Source: Leucoraja erinacea
Taxonomy: Eukaryota
DNA: 64,000 nucleotides
Direction of reading: 5' to 3'
Assembly: GCF_028641065.1 (NCBI RefSeq)
Contig: NC_073398.1
Coordinates: forward strand, 24,986,001 to 25,050,000
Positions 12,823 through 26,424 of this stretch are shown piece by piece. Under the pieces are notes generated by a model. The model made no database searches. It saw nothing but the letters and a program-made list of their open reading frames with translations, and had not been told where the DNA came from. The translations under genes were made by a program, and so were the position numbers. Positions within the stretch are counted from its first letter, which is position 1. The number at the start of each line of letters is the position of its first letter.

Positions 12823-13160
12823 TGGAAATTCCCTTACAGTCGACAGCTTCATTGCTGCCGGTAGATCGCAATAGCGCTAATGCGTTTAAATGCATTAGCA
12901 GCTTGTCAGTTGCATCGCTGCTTTCTGCTGTTATACAGGTAAACTGAGAACTACTATATGTGATGATTTTCTGTTATGTTGCTGGCAAAACGTCGCCACA
13001 GACGGGTGCCTTTTTTTCTCTTCTTTCCTATCTTCAAAGGCAGAAAGTGGAAAATTATCTGATATCGGATGTGGAATTCTTTGCGTTGCTATCAATTGGC
13101 CTGTTTGAATTCACAATGTTGCATAGAATGTGAGCTTTTTTTTTCCTTCTTTCTCCACAG

Positions 13161-13216
13161 GTAGAATATCTGTATTCTTTGGTGTACCAAGCATTGGACC
13201 TCATCTCCAATAAAAA
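13161..13216 (+). CDS. NCAPH2: NCAPH2 coding exon 3
   Basis: VEYLYSLVYQALDLISNK; strong polypyrimidine acceptor; 56 nt. Confidence 0.95.
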
Positions 13217-14473
13217 GTAAAGAATCCTTTTAATAACTAATCAAAGTTGTCCAGGGATTCATGTATGAAGGGAAGTTATAACAGCCTATAATATGGTATT
13301 ATTCTGTTCTGGGTATTGGAGAATATGTTGTGGATTAATATCAACTTTATACAATATAACATATTACATTCAGCACCACAGCAACACAAACATTATCTGT
13401 ACACAAACATTATCCGGACACAATTGCCATAACCAGGACTGCAGAGTCCTTGTTTTGTTTCTTATTTCATGAAAGCTAACCATTTAGCCTGTTGGCTCAG
13501 CAGGCTAAATTCCCCTACATAATCCTGTTGCCTATATCTTTTCCATGTCCATCAACTTCACCTCAATTCTCCTACCGAACATCTACACTAATTTACAATA
13601 GCCAATTCACCTTGCAACCATCGCATCTTTAGAATATGGGAGGAAACCAGAGAGGTAAAGGGAGAAAATACAAACTCGACACATATTGAGCGTTGATTGC
13701 TGGACCTGTGAAGCAGTAGCATTAGTGACAGTTACTGTGCAGCATTCCACTATAGAATTGTACAAATAATAATAGTTTGTACTGGAGCTTTAAAACCAAT
13801 AGAGTATTATATTATAGAAATACTATATCAAATGATGTCTTAAAGAAGGATTACACATGGTAATGGATTGTAGTATTTTTGGACGATTGCATCCAGTAAT
13901 ACAAATGATGTCCTTATGAGAATGATATGCCTTGTACGATACAATAGAACTTTATTCATCCCAGGAGGGAAATTGATCTTCCAACAGTCATGAAACACAA
14001 AATACATGAAACATGAAATTAAAGTGACGAGTGGGGGGGCAGCATTTTACTGCAGACATTGAAGGAGTGGAGCCTTCTCAAATAGTACAGCCTGCTCTGT
14101 CCCTTGTACAGAACCTCAGCGTTCCTGGACCAGTCCAGTTTACTGTCCAGGTACACTTCAAAGTATTTGTACTTCCTGGTAAACTGCACATCCACACCAT
14201 TGAGGGAGATGGGGGCATGGGTGTTCCTCTCCTCCTAAAGTCCAAACTCCTTAGTATTGTCGGCGTTGAGCTGCAGGTGATTCAACCCACATCACTCAAC
14301 AAAATGGCCTTTGTCCTGAGACTCTTGCATGCATTAATATACTTATCAATGGTTGTGGAGGAATGTAAAATGGAGGCAATTCTGCTCTGATATTTTCTGT
14401 AAACATTGCTATTATGCTGACATTCTGGCAGTGGAATCTTACTTAAAACGTCGTTTTGCCTTTATCCTTTCAG

Positions 14474-14555
14474 GCGGAATCAAAAGGCAACATCTATTGG
14501 GGTGGATGGTGCAGATAACGACCTGTCCTTGGATAATCAGAAGGCCGAATGGGAA
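14474..14555 (+). CDS. NCAPH2: NCAPH2 coding exon 4
   Basis: (K)RNQKATSIGVDGADNDLSLDNQKAEWE; tttcag|...|gtaagc; phase-consistent. Confidence 0.85.
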
Positions 14556-14979
14556 GTAAGCAATTTTAAATCAGGATGCACTGTTCACCGTTAAAATTTA
14601 CTGCTTAAGAACGTCTGAATAAAAAATTATAAACAAATCCCTACACCTACATACTTTCACTTGGGAATGTTGAAGAGATGTGTTTGTTCTATTAAGAGAT
14701 TTTCCATGGGATTGAAGTGACGATTCCCGTTCTGAACACTGGGAATACTATAATTATATAAGAAATGTATAAACTCAGCCTGAAATAGTGGGATTAAGTA
14801 TTTTGTGGTTGGAATGTGCAATTAATGTTCTTGGGGATTTGGTTAAATCTGGGTGTGTAAATTTAACTGCTCTGCCGGACTGCTGGATTTCCCTGATGTG
14901 ATGTGGTGCTACACTGGATATTAAAGTGCTGGGTATTTGTGATTTTATGTCATTAACTGCTGAAATCCTTCTTTTCCAG

Positions 14980-15051
14980 TTTTTGTCTCTTGATGACATA
15001 GAGTGTCCAACAAAAAACAGCATTAATTTGCAGAAGGATGCCTGTTCTACT
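14980..15051 (+). CDS. NCAPH2: NCAPH2 coding exon 5
   Basis: FLSLDDIECPTKNSINLQKDACST (conserved FLSLDD). Confidence 0.9.
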
Positions 15052-15447
15052 GTACGTAAACCTGTTTAAATTATCTAATTTCTTAATGCAGTGATCATTC
15101 ATCATTCCATCTGTGAACACCCTTGTTTTTCCCCAACCAGATTCCCCAGCCCAGCATACTCGCTTCACCCTTTAAAGATGTGAGTGTGGGCTCGAAGTCA
15201 GACCAGGCTCACTAAAGGAAGACTTTGGGCTTAGCACAGTTTAAATCACGAGTGTATGGGAATTATATATGAAATGGTATAGCGTATAGAGGGATCTGCA
15301 GCAGGAATAACAAGTTGCCTCTGCTTGGGAGATGGAATGGTGGATTATGCCTCTGTAATTGAAGAGAAACAGAACATTGATTTATAAAGCACCTACTGGG
15401 GAGCAATGCAGGTCATCATATTACACTGGGTTTCTATCTGAGATGGT

Positions 15448-15475
15448 GGGGGGGGGGGGGGGGGGGGGGGGGGGG
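15448..15475. repeat. poly-G run (~28 nt)
   Basis: Direct observation. Confidence 0.9.
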
Positions 15476-15805
15476 TGTTAAAACACATGTAAAGCAAGAG
15501 TGCTTTTGCATGGGCTGTCATGGGCGACCTTATGACAGGACACCTATTATAAAACAAGTAATGTAAAAGAAAATGAATAGGCTGACCTAAGAAACACTTG
15601 TCAACCAAAAAATGCATTTTAATAGTCTGGTGTTTATATAGGAATACCCATAGTAAAATAATTTCACTGTAAATAGTAACATTTGTACAGGGTCTTACAA
15701 TTTTTCATGCATCAATGTTTAGAAAGAATTTCACAGCAGTTGGTGAGCTGCTGCACCCGAGCTTTGGCTCTGACTGCCCTTTGCTTTCTTGTCTGGGCAC
15801 TGCAG

Positions 15806-15885
15806 GTTGTGAACATTATTCCACTAACGCCAATGGCACTGATACCATCAGAAGAATTGGAAAAAAAGAACAATCCGCTGCTTAG
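15806..15885 (+). CDS. NCAPH2: NCAPH2 coding exon 6
   Basis: [27 protein letters not shown]. Confidence 0.92.
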
Positions 15886-16699
15886 GTATGAGGTGTATTG
15901 TCACAGACATATTTGCACTGTCCATCCTTTTAGTTTATCTTTCCCCTTTTTGCAAGTTCACCCATTCTTTGAAACTTTGGTCATTCCCTCCTTCGTTTGT
16001 TTGCTTCCTTTCTTCTCTTGCTCCCTTCTCTCCCAACTAAGAGATTTCTGACAGTTTTTATTGATTCATCACCCAGGTAATTTGTTCCTTTATTGTAAAT
16101 TGGCTGTTGAAGAAGAGGAGCCAAGTTTGTTCTGTGCAGATATGCTTACAAGACCATTCTATGTGTAGGGCATTGCTCAGGAGTTTCATTTCACAACTAA
16201 TTCCTACTGTAAATGGTGAAATATTTTGTATTGGGTCCCTGGTTGAAATTAACGTAATTTACCAGCGTTTATATGATGAATATGGAGTTTCCTAAATTCA
16301 GAAAATTTTTGCATTGAAATATTCAGAAGAGGTGTTTTATCAGGGAGCTCAGAATTACATCCATGGAAAATAGTGCCACCTGCTGACTGATACTTAGCTG
16401 GATGGATTAGATGTTAAATGTTATCTCCTAACACAATCTCAGCCCAGGTTTTCAGCAAGTCCACAAGAAGGAGCAAGGACAAATCTCCCAGTTGGTGAAC
16501 TATGTTGGGTGAGGTGAGGATTAGGCCTTAGCTTGAGAGTTGTATTAGGTTATCACACTTGTCACTGTCTCACCATGTCAGACTTGTTGAATTGGGCTCC
16601 AGCAGAGAATGCAGCAAGGGAATTGAAGATGGTGAGAAGGAATTAAAACATGTTTGAACTTTAGTACCTAAAACTTCTGGTATTTCTTTCTAACTATAG

Positions 16700-16851
16700 C
16701 CGACGAGGAGAAATCTTGGGCAGCCGCAAGGATTTCCGAATGAACACTTGCACTCCTCATGCCAGTGGTGCTTTTATGTTGGAGTTGAACAACGCATCAC
16801 CAATGAACTATTTGAATAGGCAAGAGAACATTGCAGAGCACAATAAGAATG
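16700..16851 (+). CDS. NCAPH2: NCAPH2 coding exon 7
   Basis: [29 protein letters not shown] (conserved [10 protein letters not shown]). Confidence 0.92.
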
Positions 16852-16966
16852 GTAATTAAATGTATGCCTGAAAGTTGTCAATGCATTATGTTGCATTTTC
16901 TCCGGTCACTGTTTTTCAATCCTATGTACCTCCCATCTTTATTACAGTCTGAGTAACAATTTCTAT

Positions 16967-17100
16967 NNNNNNNNNNNNNNNNNNNNNNNNNNNNNNNNNN
17001 NNNNNNNNNNNNNNNNNNNNNNNNNNNNNNNNNNNNNNNNNNNNNNNNNNNNNNNNNNNNNNNNNNNNNNNNNNNNNNNNNNNNNNNNNNNNNNNNNNNN
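16967..17100. other. Assembly gap (N run)
   Basis: 134 N. Confidence 1.
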
Positions 17101-17999
17101 TGGTATTAATTGTTCTCAGAAACTTTCTGAACACAAGTTATTTCATTTTCAATAGCTGATTGCCTATTATGTGAAATGATTTGCTAAAGGAAGTGTCTAA
17201 ATCTTAGACCATTGCATTTTCAAAAGGAAAAGTGGATGAATGTTTGAAGCAGGAGAAAATACAAAGCTAAATGAAGTGGATTACAGCAGTGAATCTTTAG
17301 TTTGTTTGAAATAAAGCACTTTGGATATTTGTTTAGGAGTTTTGTTGGGCAAGGAGGATAGTGGAATAGCGAGATTTGTTTTGGATTGATATGGCAAAGA
17401 TCCAAAAAAGAGACTGGATCTCTTGACGTCAACATGTCCACAATTCCATGGTAATTAAAAAAAAAATTCATTTGGATCAAAGTTCCATGAAAACCAGCTG
17501 ATTTCCTCACTACTAAAGTTCCTTACATCCGGAGCAATCTGTCCTTCCTCTACAAAGGCAACATTTCCTTCCTGCAGTGGGACCCTGACCTATACATTTG
17601 AGATCAAATCTAGCATCAATAAAAGACTGCACAAAATTGCAGGGAGTTGAGGATGCAGCCCATTCCATAACACAAGCAAATGCATCCCCCACCGCTCCCT
17701 ATTGACTCCATGTACACTTCACGCAATTGTTGGAGAGTAGCACAAATATAATCAAGGACAATTTGCACACTGGTCAGTCCCTCATCTCTCGTCTGTCGGG
17801 CAGAAGGTCCAAAAGCTTGAAACAATGTACCACCAGATTAAGAAAGGGCTTCTTCATCACTGTTATTAGATTACAGACTGAGCCTCTTATAAGGGTGTAT
17901 GGGCGTAAGCCCCAACTGATGAAAGGAAGCAAACCATACACCTTGTTTGCCACTCTATTTGTCTTACCACTTTCAGAGGGCTAGTGACTTGGACCTCGA

Positions 18000-19230
18000 T
18001 CCTTTTATGCATTGGTGCTGTCTTGCCATGAACTGAAAATGTGCTTCATTCAACCTCCCAAAATGCAACACCACAGATTACTTGGATTAAACTACACCTG
18101 CCATTTATCCGCCCATATATGTAACTGATCTAATTCCTACTGTACGCCTGGACAGCCTTCCTCACTGCCCACTAACCAACCCATTTACATCCATGGTCAT
18201 TTATATATGTACTTTGTCTTCTGTAGATAAACCAGTTCTGAATCAAAACTACCCTACAATTTAACCTTCTGGATTGGCCTAATATGAGGGACGTTATCAA
18301 ATGCCTTACTAAAATACATGAAGACAACATCCACTATTCTAACCCCATCAATTGCCTTTGTCACCTTTTTAAAAAACTAAAAAAAAACTCAGACTAGTTA
18401 AGACTTGATCTGCCTAGGCAAAGTCAAGCTGGCTCTCACTAATTTCCTTCCATTTCCTTCCAAAAGCAGGTAAATCCTATAATGAAGAATCCTCTCCAGT
18501 TGCTTTCCTGCCACTGATGTGAGGCTCACTTGCCTGTTTTTCCCCCTGGATTATCTCTGCTTCCCTTAAGCAAAGGAACAACACAGGCAACTTTCAAGTC
18601 CTCTTTGACCTCCCTTGTGGGCTAGACCTTTGTCAAGTCCCCTGTAATCTCTCCTCATGCCTCTCAGTAACCTGGATAGATTCCATCAGGGATTCCCCCT
18701 TCTTGATCTCAAACTGCCCTAGTGGATTAATATTATCCACACTGATCTTGCTTTCAGCATTTTTGTCCTTCATGAATACAGATGCAAAGAACTTTAGTAT
18801 CTTGCCTAAATCCTCTGACTCCAACTATAAATGTCCTCCTTTATCTTTGAGAAGACTTACCTTCTCACCAGTCACCCTTTTTTAATTTGTGTAGCCTTGG
18901 AATTCTCTTTAAACGGACTTAGAATTTTCTTTATTCTGTGACATTTCATGGTCCCTTTTGACGCTCCTAATTTCCTGCTTTTTTAAAATATTCCTCAAAG
19001 GCCCTTGTGTATGTTACGTTTTCTTTTTGACTAAATTTACAACCTCTCTGGTCATCCAACGTTTCCTTACTTACTATACTTATCCCTCCTTAATGGAACA
19101 TGCTGGTCCTGAACCCTGATCTGGTAGCGTTTAGACCACTCTCACACGTTAGGTGTGGATTTGCCCAATAACATCTGCTGTCATTTTACTCTCCCTAGCG
19201 CCAGCTTAATAATGTAATCTGCTTTACCCT
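18000..19230 (-). mobile_element. Degraded CR1-like LINE remnant
   Basis: Decayed RT motifs (tcaaatgccttactaaaa, aggctcacttgcctgt). Confidence 0.55.
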
Positions 19231-20874
19231 AATTTAGTACCTTATCCCCAAGGAGCAACTTCTTCCCAACAACCATCAGGCTATTGAACACTATGAATGG
19301 CAACTAAACTGAACTACAAACTGCCTTGATTGCACTTGGGATGTAGGCCACTTTTTGCCTTTGCTTTATATTGTTTGTTTTTATATTTTGAACTCATTTT
19401 TTGTTTATTATGGTGCCTACTGTTTACATATCTGTTGTGCTGCTGCAAATAAGAATAATTTGTTCTGTGTCGGGACATAGAGACATAAAGCACTCTTGTT
19501 TCGTAAGGACCAGACTTATCCTTATTTATAAACTATCTTAAAATTTGTGGAATCTCAAATTAGTTAAACATGGGATATATTTCCTTAAAGTACATCTGTC
19601 TGTCATGATATGACATTCTGTGAATTGTTTTTAAATGGTATTGAAATAAAACCTCTTTTAATTGTATTCTGGAAAACTTTGCTGTCCTGCACCATCAACT
19701 TTGGAGTTACTAATGACCAGTTCTTGCTGGATTCTTATTTCTTATTTACACCCTGCCTTTGGCAACATCTCTGAAACGTTAGGTCGGATTCCATGTGTAC
19801 TCTGACGCATATTCTGCTATCATCTCTGTTTACCCTTCTACGTGGGTCTCTGAATTGACAGCAGGGGTTGAGCCAAACTATTTCCCTCTAATTATTAAAA
19901 AAAAAAAAAAAAAAAAAAGACCTAAGCTATTGTTTCTTATTCCCATACAAATTCTTCCTGTTTGAGTGTGGGAGATCTTTCCCACCCTTGATGTGGTGAC
20001 TTCAAAATTACCGTCTCATCATATGTTCCATGTAAACTTGTGCTGCTCCAGAACACTTTCTATAACCTAATTCCCAATCACCCAGTGTCTCTGTTATTGC
20101 TCTGTTGCACTGCCTTGTTTTGATATATTTGTCCTTGTTTACAAATCTTCTGTCCTTGTTTACAAATAGCCGTGCTCTTCCTATGCCACTTTTCAGCCCT
20201 ACAACTAAGATTCTAACCCTTCTAATTCCTATAATTATATTGCTCTTCCATTGACAATGTGTCTTTAGATTTTAAGGCTATAAGTTCTGGAATTTCCTTT
20301 CTCAACTAATCTGATTCTTTATCTTCATCTCACCTTTTGCAATATTCTTAAACATCTTGTTGGTATCTTCCTCTCAATTAATGTTGTATATCAATTGTAA
20401 ACTGGTTTGGGCAGTTTTGCCCTGCTAAATAAAAGTAGGTTGAAGTATGTAAAAACCATGAATGTTGAGGCAATTTATCGGAATGGTGCCTGGAATGAAG
20501 AGCATGAGTAATGGAGGGGGATTGGTAAAGCTGGTGTACTCTTGAACCAGTGAAGATTATGTGGAAATCTAATAAGTAACTGCGACCACTGATAGGAAAA
20601 TAACAAGAAAATGTGGATTTGAAGTAATTGGCAAAAAGACCAGAGCTGGTTTAGTTGTTCGGGACTAAAAGCCAGTACAGCTACAATAAACATGTCTTCC
20701 TGTGCTGTATGCTTTTTATTTGAAATTGGAAACTTAAAAGGAGGACAGATGTCTTGTGAGATTGATGCTAGCACTTGCTGAGAGCGCAGACGGCTGTGTG
20801 AATTGTGTGGTGTGAGCACAGGCAGAAGCACAGTTGGATTCTGCTCATTAGTTTATACCATTCCTTGTTTTCAG

Positions 20875-20958
20875 GCCTGCAGGATGTTGCACAAGACATG
20901 GTGATAGAGAATAGCGACTGTGGCGCTCCTGTTCCTGTACTGCACTTTTCAGATGCGG
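20875..20958 (+). CDS. NCAPH2: NCAPH2 coding exon 8
   Basis: ttttcag|GC CTG CAG...GCG G|gtaagc; open and phase-consistent (low-conservation linker). Confidence 0.75.
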
Positions 20959-22127
20959 GTAAGCATTTTGGTCTTGAAAATTTGGTGCAACTGCTCATTA
21001 GCTTAAAGAGAAGGGTCTGGGGAATTAGAAGAGCAACAATTTCAGTGCAAGTGTTGTTCCTGCTTTGCCTGTGTTTTTTTTTTTTTAATTTATTCAACCC
21101 TAGGATAAAGGCATTACTGATAAAATTAGAATTTAATGTCTATGTGTAATGGTCCTTGAAATTAGGAACTCAAATTAAGAGACAATTGCATTGCTGAGGG
21201 TGTGGAAGCAAATGTAGGCCAGGTAGTGTAACACTGCATATTTCCTTCCCTGTAGAGCCCTCTAGGGTGTAGAATTACTACTCCCTGGGTGAAGAATTTT
21301 ATCCTCTCAATCTTCAATAACCAACCACTTAATTTGAAACTATCTCTGATTCTAGATCCTGTCATGGGAAACATGCCTCGTATTGACCCTATAAAACCTG
21401 TGACATACATGATTTTCTTTTGAACTTGGGTAAATGCCTAATTTGTTTAAACTCTGCTCCCCCCCCAACCCCCATCCCAGGAACCCCATACTTTGGTTCT
21501 CATTAGTATACACTGGTTAAAGATCTTTACTGTTGTTTATTAACATGCAGTTAACATAAAACAAAATGCTTGGTATAGGAAGCACAACAGTTAATAGCAG
21601 AAAACTGCCTATGTATCTGATTTTCAAGTGCCATCTCTCCCCAACTCAATTTGACAGTTGAATGCTTTGTTCTTCTGAGATGCTAATTATAAGTAGTCTC
21701 CATTGGAGTCCACATTGAGACATGAACGATCACTCTGGTTGAGAGGTAAGAGTAGGATTTCCCAGGGTGCAGTTGTAGGCTTTTTAAAATTGCTGCGTAA
21801 ATGCAAGTTATCAATACCTACAAATTAACCTCTCACTGGAAACCAAATGGATCCTAATGATCCATGAAGGTCTATATTTTTATATCCAACTTTTCCTATT
21901 TCCTGAAGGTGTTCATCGAGTCTGGTTTATGGGAATTGATAGCATCCAAAGACTTACCAAGCACCATTTTTGAGTGTTGGATACCATTTGCTTGAGAATT
22001 GTACAATCCAAAACTTGCATTGATACGAGTACTACAACACGAGTCACTTGCAGGGAGAGGAGCAGGATCCCAAATTTGATTGGAAATTGCTGTGGCAGTC
22101 TAATTATTACCAGCTTTCCCTGTACTA

Positions 22128-22204
22128 ACTGGAAATCCTAGGTGGCCACTTGCGCTCAGTGCCTGAGTGCCACTGAGCGCAAGTGGCCACTTAGGATTTC
22201 CAGT
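22128..22204. repeat. 34-bp near-perfect inverted repeat (hairpin)
   Basis: actggaaatcctaggtggccacttgcgctcagtg / cactgagcgcaagtggccacttaggatttccagt, 9-nt spacer. Confidence 0.9.
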
Positions 22205-22454
22205 CCCCGTACTTTGCTGAGAGTTCCTGTGGCTTGATTCAGCGTACATGAACATATGGTAAACTGACAAGTGGCAGGCCAACCAAGATGAAGCTATCCC
22301 TACTTCTGTAGAGTCTTGGTTTTGGAATAATTACAATCTCTGATCACTGCCACACCAACCCTTTCATTTGCCATTAAGTTGCTGTACCTAACAGCTTTTT
22401 CAAATTTTCTGGACTGAACCCAATTGTTGAATCCTCTTACCTCGGGTCCCACAG

Positions 22455-22543
22455 GAAGTGATGATGGTGGTGATGTTGATGATTGCTTTCTTCCACCGTT
22501 GCCAGAGCAAAACATGGATCAGGAACATGTGGCACATCTGAAG
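22455..22543 (+). CDS. NCAPH2: NCAPH2 coding exon 9
   Basis: SDDGGDVDDCFLPPLPEQNMDQEHVAHLK; acag|...AAG|gtagga; phase-consistent. Confidence 0.75.
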
Positions 22544-22691
22544 GTAGGAGCTGTAGTGGGGGAAGATGATTTGGGCCAGGTTATTGTTGGGGGCTGAGCT
22601 ATGAGGACATGTACAGTGAGCTAATTATTGCTCTCTTGGGGTGTGATTGCTCTCAATGTAAGTTTAAAGTTAACACTTCATGTCCCTGCAG

Positions 22692-22763
22692 GGTGTACCT
22701 GAAGCACGCAGGTACATGCTCCGTGAGAAACAGGTGATGGAGATCGACCCAACAAACAGGAAG
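22692..22763 (+). CDS. NCAPH2: NCAPH2 coding exon 10
   Basis: GVPEARRYMLREKQVMEIDPTNRK (conserved YMLRE). Confidence 0.85.
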
Positions 22764-24180
22764 GTAATGCTAACACAATCCTGGAAATAATATTCCATGA
22801 GCAAAAGGCAAGGTGCTGGGTGAGCTCAGAGCTTCAATGTTTCAATCGTGCTTTCATTGTCACATGTGAAAGGCAAATAAACAGTGACATTATTTTCTTA
22901 AACAATCCAAAGTATTGTCATACCCAAGCATATTCCCCAATTAGCAAATTCTATAGAAATAGTGTACTGATATGCAAGAGGCACCATTTTATAAGTCCAG
23001 TCCATGCTCCATATAATACGAGTGGTGCGTGTTCCAGGCAAGCCGCAGGCTGCTGCGGGCCTCCATCCGTCACCTGTCGTTGAACGTGTGGGTAACCCAG
23101 TGAACCGATGTCCCTCTCCTCACTCGTCCACCTTTGTTCCCCGGGGGTGCATCTCGCAGTTGACTTTGAAGGCGCAATAGGTCAGATTCTGGTTCCCTTT
23201 CTTCTACCGGCCTTTCTCCTTCCCGGTCGCATCCGTCTTCACCCGCTCCATCCTCCCAGCCTCTGGTCTTCAGGGGACAAACAGGGCTCAGCAGGCTCCT
23301 TTCAGGCTGCGTTCGGCCGTGGGGCACTGGTGTGATGGTCATCTGCCCACTCCCCAGTAGGCCATGGCCCGCCGGGTCTCGTGTTCGGCTGCAAGGGTTC
23401 GGCTCGGCGGCAGAGGTGAGGCAACATCTATGATGAGAAATGTACAGGTGACATTTTGGCTTGAGACTCTTCTTCAGACTTAGTAGGTTGGAGATAATGC
23501 TGGAAAAGAGAGGGGTTGGAGTAGGCCAAATTCTGGCAATGGGTTGGTGAATACAGGTAAGGGGTGATTGGAAGATGGGTCAGATAGTGGCAACGGTGAA
23601 ATTGATTCATAAAGGTGTCACTTAAGGAATGAAGAGAAGTGTCGCGTCAGAGGGAGGGATATGGGTTGAAAGGGAAGGAAGGAAAATCTAAGATGGAGAA
23701 TAAAAAGTGAAAGGGGGGGCATGGAAGGAGGAGATGGCAAAAGGAACAGAAATGGGTATATACATTGGATGTATATAGGTGATTGGCACTGATATCTCTT
23801 GTATGTTGCCATGGATTTGTACTGCAGAACTAACTTTAAAAAAATATAAAAACATTTAATCAGAATTATTGGGCATGCTCATGTACCTTTTGATAAGGTG
23901 ATATATACCATTTCTTAAATGTTGCTGTTGATGGATTCTGGGTGTTCTTAATGGTGCTAGAACAAATTCCAAGACCTTAACTAAACAAATGGGAAGCATC
24001 CGTGATACAACTCGGGATGATGGTGGCAAGGAGGGGAATCTTAAAGATGTTCCCATGCATCTGCTGTTCTTCTGAATGAACCTGTCAGCTTGTGTTACAG
24101 GATTGCTATGACACTCACATCTATTCAATAAAGGCGTACTGTTGCAGTACAACTTGTTCAATCACTTTTTATTTGTTCAG

Positions 24181-24250
24181 CAGGAAGTGCTTGATCCCTG
24201 GAGGAGCTTGGACCCTTTTGAAGCAACACAGGACAAGCCGTTCAAGAAAG
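24181..24250 (+). CDS. NCAPH2: NCAPH2 coding exon 11 (NAGNAG acceptor)
   Basis: (Q)EVLDPWRSLDPFEATQDKPFKKG. Confidence 0.92.
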
Positions 24251-24893
24251 GTACCCTATTTACCTTGTTCAGTTTCTGCGTATTGCATTGTTTCAGGAAC
24301 TCGGCCTGGCAAGTAGAGCATCTGGCAAACAGAAATATTTATTCTATTTTGATAATTATCGATTCCTTTTCAATAATCTAACTGGGGGAGCCTGGTATCA
24401 GCAGTATAATTGTGCAGGATACTTATTGTGAATTTCCCGTGCTAATATGGCCCAACACCAAGTCTCAACTAGTTGACTACTACAAGGAACTATTTAAAAT
24501 TTTCATTTTACAGTTTCTGACAAGGCCAGCATTTATTACCCTTGCCCAATTGCCTTTTGAGAAGCTACTGGTGAACGACTGCTTATTATTTATCTGCTCT
24601 TCTATTCAAAGTATTCCCATTGTGCTGTTGGGTTTAGACCATTGGCAGTGAGTCTGAATGCCTCATGGAAAGGAACCGGTAGATGCTGTTCTTCCCATGA
24701 GCCTGCGAGCCCTGTTGCTGCGTGTTGGTAGAAGTTATGGGTTTGGAAGGTGTCTGAGAGGCCTGGGTGAGGAACTGAAATGCAGTTTTTAGATGGTATA
24801 AACTGCATCCGTTATGCTTGGATATGAATGTTTGGGATATTTGATGAGTTCTGTTCTCAGGATGCTGATGGGTAACTTTTTGTCTTTTTTTAG

Positions 24894-24998
24894 GAAGGCA
24901 TTTTTTCATTCCATCATGTATCAATGTCATAGGAAGCAAACGGAAACGGAAAAACTTCGGAAAATTGAAAGAGTTTGGGAAATGGTTTTGTGCAACAT
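24894..24998 (+). CDS. NCAPH2: NCAPH2 coding exon 12
   Basis: RHFFIPSCINVIGSKRKRKNFGKLKEFGKWFCAT (KRKRK NLS-like); |gtgagt. Confidence 0.9.
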
Positions 24999-25174
24999 GT
25001 GAGTACTCATTGACTGGGTTATCCCATTGAAAACTGTAACTGACATTGGGCTGTTGTTCCTATAGTCTACAACTGAGCAAGGTTATTTTACGTGTGAATC
25101 GGTTATTATGAATATCTTCTGTTACAACAAAGTTATCCATAGTATAAAACAAAGTATGTTTTGAAATGGCATGC

Positions 25175-25660
25175 TTAGTTTAGTTTAGCGATATTGCATG
25201 GAAACGGGTCCTTTGGTTTACTGATTTCACACTGACCATTGATCCACAATAGTTCGATGTTATCCTACTTTTGCATCCACCCCCTATACACTAACGGCAA
25301 TTTTACAGAGGCCAATTAGCCCACAAAACCACCCGATTTGGGAAGACAGCGGAAGTACAGGGAGAATTTGCAAACTCCATGCAGATATAACCTGAGGTGG
25401 GCAACACAGTGGCACAATGGTAGAGCTGCTGCCTTACAGCTCCAGAGACCCAGGTTTGATCCTGACTATGGGTGCTGCACATACAAAGCTTGTACTTTCT
25501 TCCTGTGACTGCGTGGGTTTTCTCTGGGTGCTCCGGTTTCCTCCTACTCAAAAGACGTACAGTTTCCGCACTGTATCTCTAAAAGTCTAAAATCAGGATT
25601 GAATGCAGGTCCCTGGCACTGCGAGGCAGTAGCTGTACTGACTGCACCGCAGTGCCATCG
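25175..25660. mobile_element. Nested V-SINEs (a + strand copy ~25399-25590 inside a - strand copy)
   Basis: tRNA head gtggcacaatggtagagc..; flanking pieces match the reverse-strand SINE. Confidence 0.7.
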
Positions 25661-25821
25661 TGTTTCCATTAGTGTATTCTGTACAGTGACATTCATTACT
25701 GTTAAAATTAATAACCATATAACCATATAAAATTGATTTCTCTCTATTTCTCTTTTTACAGTGCTTCAATATGTTTATCTGTCAATACTATGGTTTTCTT
25801 ATTTTGTTTTTAATTTCTCAG

Positions 25822-25875
25822 ATTATGGTGGTCAGAGTGATGTGAAGAGCAAAAGGAAAGGACCAATGTTCGCAG
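25822..25875 (+). CDS. NCAPH2: NCAPH2 coding exon 13
   Basis: YYGGQSDVKSKRKGPMFA(D). Confidence 0.9.
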
Positions 25876-26424
25876 GTGGGAAGCAGTCCCGATAAAGTGG
25901 GACCGAACTTCGTTCTTATCTAGTGATTCATTGAGGAGATCATGTCCGACTTTATTGAATGTAACAATTGGAGTGAGTAGGCTATGAGGAATATCACCCA
26001 AATCCTGACAGAATCTAATTCCTTTGCTGAGGACTATTGCCTGCCATGGGTTGCCCATTTCCCATAGCTTTCATTCCCTATTTGGTCTGAGTAGTTCTCT
26101 GGCCACATGGCATATTTGTTGTGGAGGTTGAGGAAAGCCAGTGGCACAGAAGAGTTCGATGTTGGCACTTTAAAGAGAAATCAAGTACGTTTTCTAGTGA
26201 TGTTTCTGTGGACTGCAGTACAGGCACCCCCAGTACAGGCACCCCCACATTAGAGAGTTGTGTTTGTTTAAAAAAACTGTTCGTATTGAGATTCATTCTG
26301 TTACACAAAGCTGTTGTGTAAGATTTTCTCGATATTTGCAAAGATTGTTCAGACATGGAATGGAAGTGTAGATGGGTTAGGAAGTTAAATAGCAGTTGAA
26401 ATTAGTCACTAATTTTATGGAATA

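Noticed and set aside
25399-25480. tRNA-like sequence
   Set aside because: Head of a V-SINE, followed by SINE body; no complete cloverleaf
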